DNA of 64,000 nt from Bryobacterales bacterium (GTDB lineage Bacteria > Acidobacteriota > Terriglobia > Bryobacterales > UBA6623), in NCBI GenBank assembly GCA_963422375.2, contig OY729428.2, positions 3,072,001-3,136,000 of the forward strand, written 5' to 3'. The notes under the pieces were generated by a model that saw only the letters and a list, made by a program, of their open reading frames with translations, had not been told where the DNA came from and made no database searches. Below are positions 41,272 to 52,067 of this stretch, one piece after another (positions within the stretch are counted from its first letter, which is position 1; every line of letters starts with the position of its first letter). The position numbers and the translations under genes were made by a program.

Positions 41272-41349
41272 TGGTTAACCTCCCCGGCGGCCGCCCCGAG
41301 ACGGCGCTGCCGCACCAATTTTACATAGGCCGCACGATGCCAGCGGGCC

Positions 41350-43061
41350 TCAAGCCGGCCGATTCGAACGCGACAGGCCGCTGAACTCGCGCTTCGCCGC
41401 CGCGATCTCGCCCGCCACGGAATCCCCCGCGTGGAACCAGAGCCTGCCCCTCAACCGCACAGTGTCACCCGGCTCGCAGTCGGGAAACACGGGGTCCGAG
41501 TGCATGCAAGGGCAGCGGTCGTTGCCCCAGCAACGGCCCGCACGGTCCCACGCGGTAAGAAGCCAGCGTTGACGGGCGGCCGAGCGGACGGCTGCGACGG
41601 GCTGGTCGAAGATCTTGTTCGCCCGTGTCTGGGCGCGGAATCCGGATGCTCCCTTCAGCATCACGCAGAGCTGGGTGCGCAGCCCCTCGAGCGTCCGATC
41701 CAGGCCGTTGCGCAGCCAGAGGCCCATTTCAATCGACTCGTCCCGTGTCCGAAACGACGAGCCGAACGACACGCCGTTCGGCAGAATCCATTCCAAGTCC
41801 AGGCCTCCGCCTCGAACCGGGCGCATGTCGACGTTGTCGAGCCAGACATTGCGGTCCGTCCAGATCGTCGGCACGTGCGTGTGGGCCAGGAACAGATGGC
41901 CCATCTCGGACGTGATCAGTTCCGGCAGGTCGACCACGACGTAGCTCTCCGGATCCCAAGGAAGAAAGACGCTCGCTTTGGTCCCGCGCAACGGGTCGAT
42001 CGCGCCCTCCAGGAAGCCCATCCGGGGGTGGCGGCCGCCGGGATAGGGATGGATCTCCACTCTCCGTTCGCCGGAGCCCGTCGCGCGACGAGTCGCCTCT
42101 CGTACTCCGCGGTCTCGTCGTCCGACAGCCCGGCGACAGCGGCAGCCTCGCCGGTGGCGTAGCGGTGCCGGAGCATGACCGCAGTCCAGCGCTCGAGATC
42201 GCCGCGGGTCTGCATGCGTTCGGCCGGCTGCTGGAGTTCGCCGTGCGCGACGGGAGGGTTCCGCAGCGTTACGTGCGGGTCGTCGGCGGCGGCCGAGGCA
42301 ACGTCCCGCAAGTCCCGGAGAGCGAGGACCCGGAACCCCCGTCGCCGCAGTTCCAGCATGTACTGCCGAAACGGCTCCTGCGGCGTGTGAACCCACGGAT
42401 GGGCCACGTCCGGCACGCCGTGGAACTGCAGCACCACGACCCCTTCGTCGGCACGGTCGAGCACCCGGCGGAACAGATCCATCGACCAGCCGGGCACGGC
42501 ATTGCCCGTCGTAGGGATCAGCAGCGGGTCGTGGATCGCCGGATCGTATGCCGGCCCGGGCTCCAGCGCTCGGTTGTCCAGTTCGGGCGACAGCCCGCGA
42601 CGCCCCAGCCGATAGCCGAGGGCGCGTAGGCTCGCAAGCGCCTCGGGCCCGAAGCGATTCCCGCACCACGCGAAGGAGACCGGCTTTCCGACGCCGACCC
42701 TAGCGAGGGCATTCTCCACGAGGGCCAGCTCGCCCCCGAGCCGGGCGGCATCCCTCGGAACCGAGAAGTCCGCGTGCGACCACGAGTGATTGCCGATCTC
42801 GAAACCCATCGCGGCAATCTCCGCGATCTCGTCCCAGGTCATGAAGTTCTCCCGGTCGTCCATCCAGCGATGGGTCACGAAGAACGTGGCCGGGAAGCCT
42901 AGATCCGCAAGGAGGGGAGCGACGAAGTGCCTGTGCGACTTGACCGCGTCGTCAAAGGTGAGGACAGCCGTCGGCACGGTTGCGGAGGCTCCGAACGCCG
43001 CCGATGCGCACGCCGGGCCGGCTCTGAGAAGATCCCTGCGGGACAGCCGTCTCGACATCAC
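41350..43061 (-). CDS. Polysaccharide deacetylase fused to an uncharacterised C-terminal domain, frameshift near 42062
   Basis: Tat signal SRRDLL, LTFDD, EIGNHSWSH, LQFHGVP. The second frame continues IHPYPGGRHPRMGFLEGAIDP...CMHSDP. Appears one base short. Confidence 0.8.
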
Positions 43062-43185
43062 GGCGAGATCCTAGTAGGGTCCCTTGTCCGTGCCAAGCGG
43101 CGCGGAGCCGACCGACCTTCCCCGAGTGACCCGGCGAAGGCTCGCGACCACGCGGCTGCGACGACCCGACCGGACATCCCCGCGC

Positions 43186-44736
43186 TCATTGCGCGGGAGG
43201 CACCCAGCGGACTTGCTGGATCGTGTCGTAGCGAACATCCGCGTCGTTCGAGCCACTGACGCCGGCCCGGCTCGCCCCGCGGGTGATGTCCGCGTCGAGT
43301 TTCGCGCGCAACGCCTCCACCACGTCGGGACGCTCCGCTGCGACGTTCCGCTCCTCGGACAGGTCGGACTCCAAATTGTAGAGTTCCGCGATTGCGGGCT
43401 TGCCCCGGGACTCGTTGAGTGAGTCGGCGCTGCGGCGGTACACAAGCTTCCAAGGGCCGTCTCGGTAGGCGAACTCTCCGTGGTTGGAGTGGCTCACCAG
43501 CGAGGTGCGGGCCTTGGCGACGGAGGCGCCCAGCGCCGCCCCGAGGAAGCTGATGCTGTCTTCCGCCCCCTCGGGAGGCAGGTCGGCGCCGACCGCCTCC
43601 AAGCTCGTCGCAAGCACGTCGGTGAGACTCACGAGCTGGTCGCTGCTCGTCCGGGCCGCAACCCGCCCCGGCCAGCGCACCAGGAGCGGCACCCGATGGC
43701 CTCCCTCCCAGATATCCCCCTTGTGCCCGCGGAAGGGGCCGCTCGGCTCGTGGCCGGCGGCGACCAGCTCGTCCCATCCGGTGTAGTGCGAGTGCCCGTT
43801 GTCGGCAGTGAAGATCACGATGGTGTTTGGTCCGATGCCCGCTTCGTCCACCGCCTCGATCACCTGGCCCGCGGACCAATCCGTCTCCATCACGAAATCC
43901 GCGATGGGCGCTATCCCGCTCCGGCCTTGGAACGGAGTCGAAGGCGAGACCGGCTCGTGCGGCGATGTCATCGAGAAGAACAGGAAGAACGGCTTGTCGC
44001 CCTTGGCCAGGTCGTGAACCTGCTCCACGGCGCGCCGAGTCAGTTCCGGCAGAATCTCGCGGAATCGCCAGCCCGGCGCCATCGGACTGCCCCTGAAGCC
44101 GCGCGGCATCACCACGCCCTCGGACGGGTCGAATACGTAGCGCGCGGTCGGAAGTGGATGCACGGTCTCGTTCTCGATGAAGGAGAACGGCGGCATGTTG
44201 GGCAAGTCGACGCCGAAGTAGTAGTCGAAGCCGCGCGACGTCGGCCCTTCCCGCGCTGGCTTGGTGAAGTCCCATTCAAGCGTCTTCTGGCCGTTGCGCA
44301 CCTCGGTCATCCGGCTGGGCTGCGGGCCCGCCCACTCCCATCCGAGATGCCATTTGCCAATGCACGACGTCGCGTATCCCCGGTCGCGCAGCAATCCCGG
44401 CAGGGTCGGACGGTCGGCTGCGATCAGCGGCGGCTCGTGCGCGGCGAGCACCCACTCCTGCAGCCGCGTCCTCCACGAGTAGCGCCCGGTGAGCAGTCCG
44501 TAGCGAGTCGGGGTGCAGACGGCGGACGGGCTGTGCGCGTCGGTGAAGCTCATCCCCTCGCCCGCCAGACGGTCCAAGCACGGCGTCGGAATCTTGTTCT
44601 CCGGGTAATGCGCCTGAATGTCCCCCACGCCGAAGTCGTCAGCTAGGATGACCACGATGTTGGGCGGAGTCTCCGCTTCGTTCGCCCCGCACCCGCATGG
44701 AATCGCGACCAGCAGGGCTGTAAGGAATTGCTTCAT
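43186..44736 (-). CDS. Arylsulfatase (Cys-type)
   Basis: PNIVVILADD, VCTPTRYGLLTG, GKWHLG, FTADNG, WEGGHRVP, ELYNL. Confidence 0.94.
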   Translation of the reverse strand: MKQFLTALLVAIPCGCGANEAETPPNIVVILADDFGVGDIQAHYPENKIPTPCLDRLAGEGMSFTDAHSPSAVCTPTRYGLLTGRYSWRTRLQEWVLAAHEPPLIAADRPTLPGLLRDRGYATSCIGKWHLGWEWAGPQPSRMTEVRNGQKTLEWDFTKPAREGPTSRGFDYYFGVDLPNMPPFSFIENETVHPLPTARYVFDPSEGVVMPRGFRGSPMAPGWRFREILPELTRRAVEQVHDLAKGDKPFFLFFSMTSPHEPVSPSTPFQGRSGIAPIADFVMETDWSAGQVIEAVDEAGIGPNTIVIFTADNGHSHYTGWDELVAAGHEPSGPFRGHKGDIWEGGHRVPLLVRWPGRVAARTSSDQLVSLTDVLATSLEAVGADLPPEGAEDSISFLGAALGASVAKARTSLVSHSNHGEFAYRDGPWKLVYRRSADSLNESRGKPAIAELYNLESDLSEERNVAAERPDVVEALRAKLDADITRGASRAGVSGSNDADVRYDTIQQVRWVPPAQ

Positions 44737-45225
44737 CTTCACGCAGCGATTGTACCGAGGGATCACGGCAAGCTCCGACGAGTCCGGGCATCACGGACGT
44801 TGGGAGGTCTGGTCCGGCCGCTAGGCGTTCTGCTGTGAAGCCGGCCCTCGCGGGTAGCGACTGCAGGCGCGCGGCCGACTCGCCCCGCTCGGGGAACACC
44901 GGCCAACGGAGACGTCAGAGCGAGTCCCCGGCTTCCCGCGGCGCACGAGCAATCAACGCGTTCCCGGCCGAGGGCATCCCGCCGAGTTCGCAGCGCGTAG
45001 GCGAACACGGCGACACCCAATGCGAACTTCCTTGCGTTTCTGGCAAGGCAGGCGCTTGCCGCCGCGAACCCGTTCCCGCCGGAGCCGAACATCCCGGCTC
45101 CGGCGACGCAGCCCGGGGCAGCGTTACGCCGAGCGCGGACTGCCCGGACGCGTCGGCCACGAAACCAAGGGCCTGCCGGCCGAGACGCTGACTGCCGGCA
45201 TCTCGCCACGCGGGGCGCAAGCCCG

Positions 45226-47691
45226 TCAGTTGGCGGCGAACGCCGCGCTCGAGACCAAGCTGACGATCAAATCCTGAAAGCCGTACCCGCCCTGCGGTTC
45301 GGCAGCCGCGATCCGGTCCACGGCTCTGCTGTCCGCCGCGCCCAGCTCCCTGCCGGTCCCGTACTCGAGCAGCAATCCGGCCAGGGCCTTGGTGAAGATC
45401 TGCGGACGGGCGATGAGATAGTCCTTGAGATCCTGCGGACCGGCAAGGCGCGTCCCGTCCTCCATCTCGCTGCGCGGCTGAACCGGCATGGGCGCGGTGC
45501 CGGACTCTTCGCCAGCGTAGTAGGACGCTCGCCAGCCTCCCGTCGCGTCGTAGTTCTCCAGCGCGAGCCCGATCGGATCGATCTTCGCGTGGCACACAGC
45601 GCATTTCTCGACGCTCTGATGCGCAGAAAGGACTTCGCGCACCGTCCGGGCCTGGGACGTGTCTGCGACCAACGCCGGCACGTCGCCGGGCGGCGGAGGC
45701 GGCGGCATGCCCATCAGGTTCTCCAGGACCCAAACGCCCCGCAGGATAGGGGATGACTCGACCCCGTCGCCGGTGGCGGCGAACACGCTGGACAGTCCTA
45801 GCGCTCCGCCGCGAGAAGCGACGTGGCGCGGCACGCGCGGCCCGAGCGAGGACAGGTCCAGCCGCTCCGGCTCGGGCCACAGCAGGCTCTGCCTCTGGTC
45901 CGCCTCGAGCCGCCGCAAGTCGACCTCGCTGCCGGGGATCCCCCACGCTATCCGCATCGGCTCGTTCGCGTAAGTGAACTCCGAGTCGATGAAGGTGCGG
46001 ATCGAACGATTCCGCTGCAGAACTTCGTCGAAGAACATCTCGGTCGAGCGCACGATCCCGTATCGGATCAACTCGCTCCATTCGTGCCGGACGTCGCACA
46101 CCATGACCGACGCGGCCTCGCGCCCGCCAAGCCACTGCCCGGAGAAATGCTTGACGAACTGCTGGGCCTTCGCGTCGCGCACCATCCGCGCCACCTGCCT
46201 CCGAAGCACCTCGGGATCCGACAGTTGCCCCTGGCCCGCGAGGCGCGTCAGTTCCGCGTCCGGCATCGAGCTCCACAGTAAGTAGGCCAGCCTGCCGGCG
46301 AGCGCGAAATCGTCCTGGGCGGCCTCGCCGCTCTCGCGATAGAGGAACTGCGGCGAGAGCAGGATGCGCCGGATCCCGAAATGCACGGCGTACTCCGGCG
46401 AGGGCGCGCCGGCGCCGTGCTCGAGCGCGCCGTCAATCAACTGGCGCCGCTCGCCCACCGCGAGCGGCCGGCGAAAGGCCCGCTCGGCTAGCGGGAGCAG
46501 GATCGATTCCATATAGGCGCGGTCCAGCATCGGAGCCCTGCCGCCGAGAAACTCCAGCTGCCTGGGGAGCGGCCGCACCGGCCCGCTCACCTCCATGCTC
46601 ACGAAGCGAATCGTGGGCTCGGGCGCGTCCCTCGCCTCGGTCAGGTACGTCGCCAGGAGGCGTCGCAGGTCCGCCGTGTTGCCGGGCGTCCGGATGAGGG
46701 CGCGCGGATACTCCTTCCTAAGGCGGTTCTCGCAATATACGTGGAAGGTCTCGCCTTTCTCGAGCAGCAGGTCCGCGTCGACGAAGGCGGGCTTCTCGCT
46801 CGTGACCTCGACACCTCCCACGCGGGGCAGGTCGACGCGCAGGGCGCGCTTGTGCAGGTCGTAGTCCACGGGATTGAAGGCGTAGAAGCCGAGCCGCAGC
46901 GGCTTCCCGTCCGCCCCGGCGGCCGCCTGCGCGCTCGCTTTCAGCCGGACTCGGTACACCCCGGAAGCCGGGGCCACGAAGGCCTTGTCCCACAGCGCAC
47001 CGGACCATCCCGCAATGTTGACTCCGGTGAAGTAAAGGCCGAGGGCGTCCCCCTCGCGCTCCCAGAACTTGGTGCGCGCGGGATCCTGGCCGACGGTCCC
47101 GCGCCTCGTGAAGGACTTCCATTCCCGCTTGTACGGCAGCGGAACCATGCGGTCGGCAATGTCGATCGCGACCTCGCTGAACGCGTCCAAGTGACCCGGG
47201 CTGAGATGGGTGCCTTCGGCCATCGTGTCGAAGCGCAGGTCAGGGTTGTCGTCAGGGAACGTCACGGGGAGGCGGATCTCCCGGATCGGGAAGAGGTCGC
47301 GCAGCGTGTTGAGGTATTCGATCCGGTTCAGGCGCCGCGGCAGCCCGCGCCCGGAGCGGGCGGACTCGCCGCTCGCAACCAAGCCGTCCCGCACGCTCTC
47401 GGCGAAGCGCTCGCGTTCCGCAGGGGACGGCAGAAGCGCGCCGACCGGCGGCATGACGCCCTTGGCGACGTAGTCCGCCGCGCGCATCCACTGGTCTCGC
47501 GCCACGGCGTCGGCCAACGGCCGCGAGGGCTCGCCGGCCCGGAATCCGCCCTTGGGCTCGGCGCCACCGTGACAGCCGGCGCAGTAGGTCGCTGTGAACT
47601 CGCGCAAGAACGGAGGGTGCGGGCTCGCCTGCGAGTCCGCCGCGACCGCGACTACCGCCGCGGCCGTCGCGGCCAGTCGCGAGACTCTCAT
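45226..47691 (-). CDS. DUF1587/1595/1592/1588/1585 heme-binding protein
   Basis: CAGCH, RRLNRIEYLNTLRDL, LLSPQFLY, LWSSMPDAEL, SSPILRGVWV, CAVCH..IDPIGLALENYD. ATGA overlap with the upstream gene. Confidence 0.9.
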   Translation of the reverse strand: MRVSRLAATAAAVVAVAADSQASPHPPFLREFTATYCAGCHGGAEPKGGFRAGEPSRPLADAVARDQWMRAADYVAKGVMPPVGALLPSPAERERFAESVRDGLVASGESARSGRGLPRRLNRIEYLNTLRDLFPIREIRLPVTFPDDNPDLRFDTMAEGTHLSPGHLDAFSEVAIDIADRMVPLPYKREWKSFTRRGTVGQDPARTKFWEREGDALGLYFTGVNIAGWSGALWDKAFVAPASGVYRVRLKASAQAAAGADGKPLRLGFYAFNPVDYDLHKRALRVDLPRVGGVEVTSEKPAFVDADLLLEKGETFHVYCENRLRKEYPRALIRTPGNTADLRRLLATYLTEARDAPEPTIRFVSMEVSGPVRPLPRQLEFLGGRAPMLDRAYMESILLPLAERAFRRPLAVGERRQLIDGALEHGAGAPSPEYAVHFGIRRILLSPQFLYRESGEAAQDDFALAGRLAYLLWSSMPDAELTRLAGQGQLSDPEVLRRQVARMVRDAKAQQFVKHFSGQWLGGREAASVMVCDVRHEWSELIRYGIVRSTEMFFDEVLQRNRSIRTFIDSEFTYANEPMRIAWGIPGSEVDLRRLEADQRQSLLWPEPERLDLSSLGPRVPRHVASRGGALGLSSVFAATGDGVESSPILRGVWVLENLMGMPPPPPPGDVPALVADTSQARTVREVLSAHQSVEKCAVCHAKIDPIGLALENYDATGGWRASYYAGEESGTAPMPVQPRSEMEDGTRLAGPQDLKDYLIARPQIFTKALAGLLLEYGTGRELGAADSRAVDRIAAAEPQGGYGFQDLIVSLVSSAAFAAN

Positions 47692-48968
47692 GCCAAGACG
47701 CTGTTGAGGTCGGACTGGCTTGTGCTGAACTCCTCCGCCTCGAAACCCAGCTGCTGCAGCACGGTCACGTAGAGATCGCAAGCCATCGTGTTCGAGACCT
47801 CGTCCGAGCCGCAGGCCACATGCCGCTTGTGGCGGAACGCCCCCCCGGCGACGAGCAGCGGGAAGTTCCTGCGGCGGTGCGCGGCGGCGTCGCCCATCGC
47901 GCTGCCGACCAAGGTGACGGTCGAGTCCAGCATGGACCCGCCGTCCGGATCCGGCGCGTCCTTCAGGGCCTTCAGGAAGCGCGCCGCGCCCTGCATGTGG
48001 CGCTCCTCGATCGTCAGCAGCCCGTCGATCTTCTCGGCCTTGTTCCCGTGGTGGGAGAGGCGATGGTAGCCCTCCCTCGTGAACTTGCCGTCCACTAGCA
48101 GCGCCCGGTCCGTGATCGGGATCGTCATCGAGATCACCCTGGTGGAGTCATTCGTGACGGCTAGCGCCATCAAGTCCCACATCAGGTCCTCGTTCTGCAG
48201 CAAGAAGGACGAGTCGGTGTTCTCCTCGACGGGCAGGCGCAACGACTCCGGAGGCCTGGGGAACGGCTTGTCGAGCCAGTCGCGGCGGCGTTCGAGCTTG
48301 GCCTCCACCGCCCGCACGGAGGTGAGGTACTCGTCGAGCGCCCGCCGGTCGTCCGGGCTGGCCCTGCCCCCGGCCAGGCCGGCCTCGCCCTTCAGATCGT
48401 CCAGCAGGCTGCGCCCCGATTCGATCAGGTAGGTCTGCCGCTGGAGTTCGACGGATCCCGCACCGAAAACGCGGGCGTACAAGGCGCTGGGACGCAGCGT
48501 CACGGGCAGGGGCACGCCCGACTTCGTGAACGACAGCGACGCCTTCTGCTGGGCCTGGCCGCAGCAGAGCTGCAGCGACTCGTAACGCGTGTCCCTGCCC
48601 AGTACGGGAGCGACCAGCTGGTCGAGCGAGACGCTCGGCACGACGTGGCCGGTGTACAAGGTATACACGAGCTGGTGGCCGTTGCCCGAAGGCCCCTTGT
48701 GGTCCAGCCCGGAAACGGTTGTGAAGGCTTCCCCCAGACCGGCCTCGACCAACGGCTGCATGAGGCGCGGGGTCCGGCCCTCCCCGAAGAACTCGGGCTT
48801 GTAGAAGCCGAGCTGCGTGCCGACGCAGACCAGTCGCTTGGCCTTGGCCCGCGCGGGCGAGGCGGGAGCCCGGACGGCCCCGGGCAGGGACGGCAGCAGC
48901 GGCAGGGCCAGAGCGTAGCTGCTGCCCCTGATGAATTGGCGTCGGTCTTGTCCGAATGTCCGCGACAT
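47688..48968 (-). CDS. DUF1552 domain protein
   Basis: DRRQFIRG..LALPLL Tat-like signal, SLDQ, LDEYLTSVR.VE, D.TRV, YHRLSHH, GSMLD. Confidence 0.9.
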   Translation of the reverse strand: MSRTFGQDRRQFIRGSSYALALPLLPSLPGAVRAPASPARAKAKRLVCVGTQLGFYKPEFFGEGRTPRLMQPLVEAGLGEAFTTVSGLDHKGPSGNGHQLVYTLYTGHVVPSVSLDQLVAPVLGRDTRYESLQLCCGQAQQKASLSFTKSGVPLPVTLRPSALYARVFGAGSVELQRQTYLIESGRSLLDDLKGEAGLAGGRASPDDRRALDEYLTSVRAVEAKLERRRDWLDKPFPRPPESLRLPVEENTDSSFLLQNEDLMWDLMALAVTNDSTRVISMTIPITDRALLVDGKFTREGYHRLSHHGNKAEKIDGLLTIEERHMQGAARFLKALKDAPDPDGGSMLDSTVTLVGSAMGDAAAHRRRNFPLLVAGGAFRHKRHVACGSDEVSNTMACDLYVTVLQQLGFEAEEFSTSQSDLNSVLA

Positions 48969-50286
48969 GCAAGACTCTCCGAGTCGTCCCTTGGATCGTA
49001 GCGGATTCAGCGCCTCGACGCAATCCACGACCGCCCGCCTCGACTCGCGCCGACGGACTCGCTGGCGGCTGCCTCCGCAACCCGACCGGCAGCTCGTCGC
49101 AGGCGTTGACGAGCGGGCCCGCACGGACTCCTAGCTCGCCTGATCCCGAGCGACGAGGCTAGCCGCGTGGTCGCGGGAGAGCGACGGTCGAAGCGATGGC
49201 CAACCCCAATCCATCTCTCTCGCGGATCAAATGGGTGTTCACCCAGGACCCAATTGACATGCGGACCAGTCGAGAGTATCCGGAGTACCCATTGATTGCC
49301 AGATATTTTTCTAAGTTCTATATTCTCAATCAATTGCGCAAGGAGGATCGGGCACATGACTCGGCCATCCAAGACGCTTTCTCCGCTCCGTTGGATTGTA
49401 TGAAAAGTTCGGGCCGGATTCTCCCTTGAATTCCGTTGAATTCATTGAGCGCATACCTTGCGAAACTGGCCTCGAGGACATACGGATCGATGCCCGCTCC
49501 GGTGACGAAATGCCGAGATGGCAAATGCCGCGATCACGACGATCAGATCCAAGGGCAGCCCTCGCCGCTCACCGTCCGGGCATCGCTCCGCCATTCAATG
49601 GAGTGGACATACCGCGTCGGCAGATTGCCGACTGGAGATGGTCTCCCACTCGGAACCGAGCCCGGCTCATGCGCTCTTCCGGGGACAAACCATGGGAAGG
49701 CCAGATGTCGATGAGGCTCCCGATGCCACGAAAGAACGCAGTCCGTTGCATGTCCCGCCCCGTTCGCGGGTCCGGAATCACTCTCTTCGCTGCCACCACA
49801 CGCCCCTACGGGAATTATCGACGATCAGCCAAGATCCTTCGATTACGTCAGCAGCGTCTCGGATTGCCGCGGCCGCAATTTCGGGTAGCGTGGAATCCGG
49901 TTGTCTCGCAACGGCTTAAGCATCGGGAATTATATATCTGAGTGCCGACAACGCCATGTCCGACTAGAACTGCTCTGATCAGGGAGGTCGGCGTCTAGCT
50001 CGGGTCATTCGAATGCGGCCGCGGTAGGCACAGCAAGGTGGGATCGTATCTGAATCGAGCCTGCCAGCGGATGTGACGAGGAAGGGACTAGAGAGGCCGT
50101 CTCGCATGCCCCGGTGGAACCCGGTTGGCGGTGGAAGGGCACCCCTTGCAAGCCGATTGCAGGCCCTGCGAGGACCGAAGACAGCGGATCCCCTGCGCTC
50201 GACGGCCTGCATGGACGGTCCGGGCCGGACTGGGGTCGCACCGGGGCCTTCCGGATCCGGTGCGCCCCTCGTACCGAGCGCACCGA

Positions 50287-50342
50287 GCGTGAAGAGCGCA
50301 GCGTGAAGAGCGCAGCGTGAAGAGCGCAGCGTGAAGAGCGCG
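50287..50342. repeat. 14-bp tandem repeat (about 4 units) in the IS 3' arm
   Basis: GCGTGAAGAGCGCA repeated; single or variant unit in the other copies. Confidence 0.9.
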
Positions 50343-50381
50343 CCCGCAGCGGGCTGCCGCGCTCAGCGCGGCGGGCGCCGC

Positions 50382-51338
50382 TCAGGCCGCGACCGCGGCC
50401 TTGCCGGTCAGCTGCCGATAGGTCAGCGTCCGGCCGACCAGGCCCCGCGCCATGCGCCGCATCTGTTCCGCCGTGTCGCAGTCGCGGTCGTTGCGCCGTC
50501 CCGCGAACTCCGTGAGGTAGCGGCCGAGATGACGGACGCTCATCCGGTGATAGGTGCCGTAGAGGCCGCGCTTGAACAGGGACCGAAACGATTCGATGCC
50601 GTTCGTATGCGCTGCCCCGCGCACGTACTCGCCGCGGGAGTGCCTGACGGCTTCGTGCGCGAACTCCGCCATGCCGGCGTAGGCCGCCGCCTCGTCGGAG
50701 CGGACCTGCGCCCCCGGCGCGACCCGGCCGCGCGCGAAGCCCTGCAGGTCGCCCTTGGCGGTGCCCGGCAGCGGCCGCGCGGCCACTGCGTTCGTGGCGC
50801 GGTCCCGCGCCCCCGCCACCGGGGTCTTGCCGACGGGCCCGCGCCCGGCGCGGGCCTTCTTGCTCTCGTGCTTGTTGCGTTCCTTGCCGCCGACGTAGGT
50901 CTCGTCCACCTCCACCGGGCCGGCGAACAGGCCCTGATCCCGCTCCCAGCACGCGCGGATGCGGTGCGCCAGGTGCCAGGCCGACTTTTGGCTGATGCCT
51001 AGGTCGCGGTGCAGCTTCATGCTGGAGACGCCCTTGATGCCGGTGGTCAGCAGGAACAGGGCGACGGCCCGGGTGCGGTAGCCGAGCTTGGTGTCGGCCA
51101 TCACGCTGCCGGTGCGCACCGAAAAGCGCTTGCCGCAGCCGCGGCAACGGTACGGCATCGAAGGGTGGGCTGCGTCGGACTGCACGCTGGAGCCGCGGCA
51201 GTGGGGGCACGCGGGACCGTCCGGCCAGCGCATGGAGGCGAACCACTTTTCCGCGGATTCGTCATCGCGGAACATGGCGATCACTTCGATCAATGTGATG
51301 CCTTTACGGAACCACTTTCCGGGACCTGGTTTCTTCAT
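50382..51338 (-). CDS. IS1595 transposase (uninterrupted, 318 aa)
   Basis: Zinc ribbon, HTH, DETY / SDE / IES catalytic motifs. Confidence 0.93.
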   Translation of the reverse strand: MKKPGPGKWFRKGITLIEVIAMFRDDESAEKWFASMRWPDGPACPHCRGSSVQSDAAHPSMPYRCRGCGKRFSVRTGSVMADTKLGYRTRAVALFLLTTGIKGVSSMKLHRDLGISQKSAWHLAHRIRACWERDQGLFAGPVEVDETYVGGKERNKHESKKARAGRGPVGKTPVAGARDRATNAVAARPLPGTAKGDLQGFARGRVAPGAQVRSDEAAAYAGMAEFAHEAVRHSRGEYVRGAAHTNGIESFRSLFKRGLYGTYHRMSVRHLGRYLTEFAGRRNDRDCDTAEQMRRMARGLVGRTLTYRQLTGKAAVAA

Positions 51339-51361
51339 TTACGGCATCCCTTACTGGAACT

Positions 51362-51391
51362 ATTCTACCAAGGAACACCACAGAATGTCAA
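51362..51391 (-). promoter_or_regulatory. Putative sigma70 promoter of the transposase
   Basis: TTGACA-N18-TAGAAT with TG extended -10; similar boxes recur in the other copies' 5' ends. Confidence 0.65.
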
Positions 51392-52067
51392 CGGAAAATC
51401 GGAAGAAATATGAAGTCTTATTATGGCTTGATAATTTGCTGACTTGGTTCCCTCGGCACTCAGATATATAATTCCCTAAGCATCCGGCGGTAATCACGGT
51501 CTTCACAAGAGTGGGTGTCGTCTGTGCGGGATGCATTCGCGACGTGGCGTTGGAGGTCGTCGAGAGGCGGTCTCCTCTGCAATCGCTGCGGAAGGCAGGC
51601 CTAAGGGCAGGTGAAGCACGTCCCTCAACGATGATCGCCGACATGCAGCATCGCTGGAAGAAGGTGTTCATCGCACGGGGCGCGGCGTTTTCGGGCGATG
51701 CGGGCACGGTTGGACCAATCGAATCCGGCAGCTGTATCAGCCAGCAAACCGACCGGGCGAGAGGCAGCCGTACTGCGCCGCATGGTCAGCGACCTGAGCG
51801 ATACTGAATCAGCGCGTGCCTGCGGCCAGCTCGGATTGGCTGCCACGTGCCGTGGTCCGGCGGCAGCAATGCCCTGCTCTTTCGAACGTCATCCGTTGCA
51901 GTGCGCGGCTCGCGGACCCGATACCCGCCGAAGCTGCCGGGCCCGGGCCGGAGGCACGGCTGCCCGGCATGCGACGTTCCTCGCCGTCGCGGGATCCGGA
52001 GCCCCTGACTGAGCTGCGGGCTAGCGAGCGAGGCCGAGAGACACTTGTGGGAATGGCAGGACTCGCG

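Larger units (their letters stand above)
49925..51476 (-). mobile_element. IS1595 (ISNwi1-group) copy 4 with perfect 8-bp TSD
   Basis: TIRs at both ends; TAAGCATC at 49917-49924 and 51477-51484. Confidence 0.96.
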
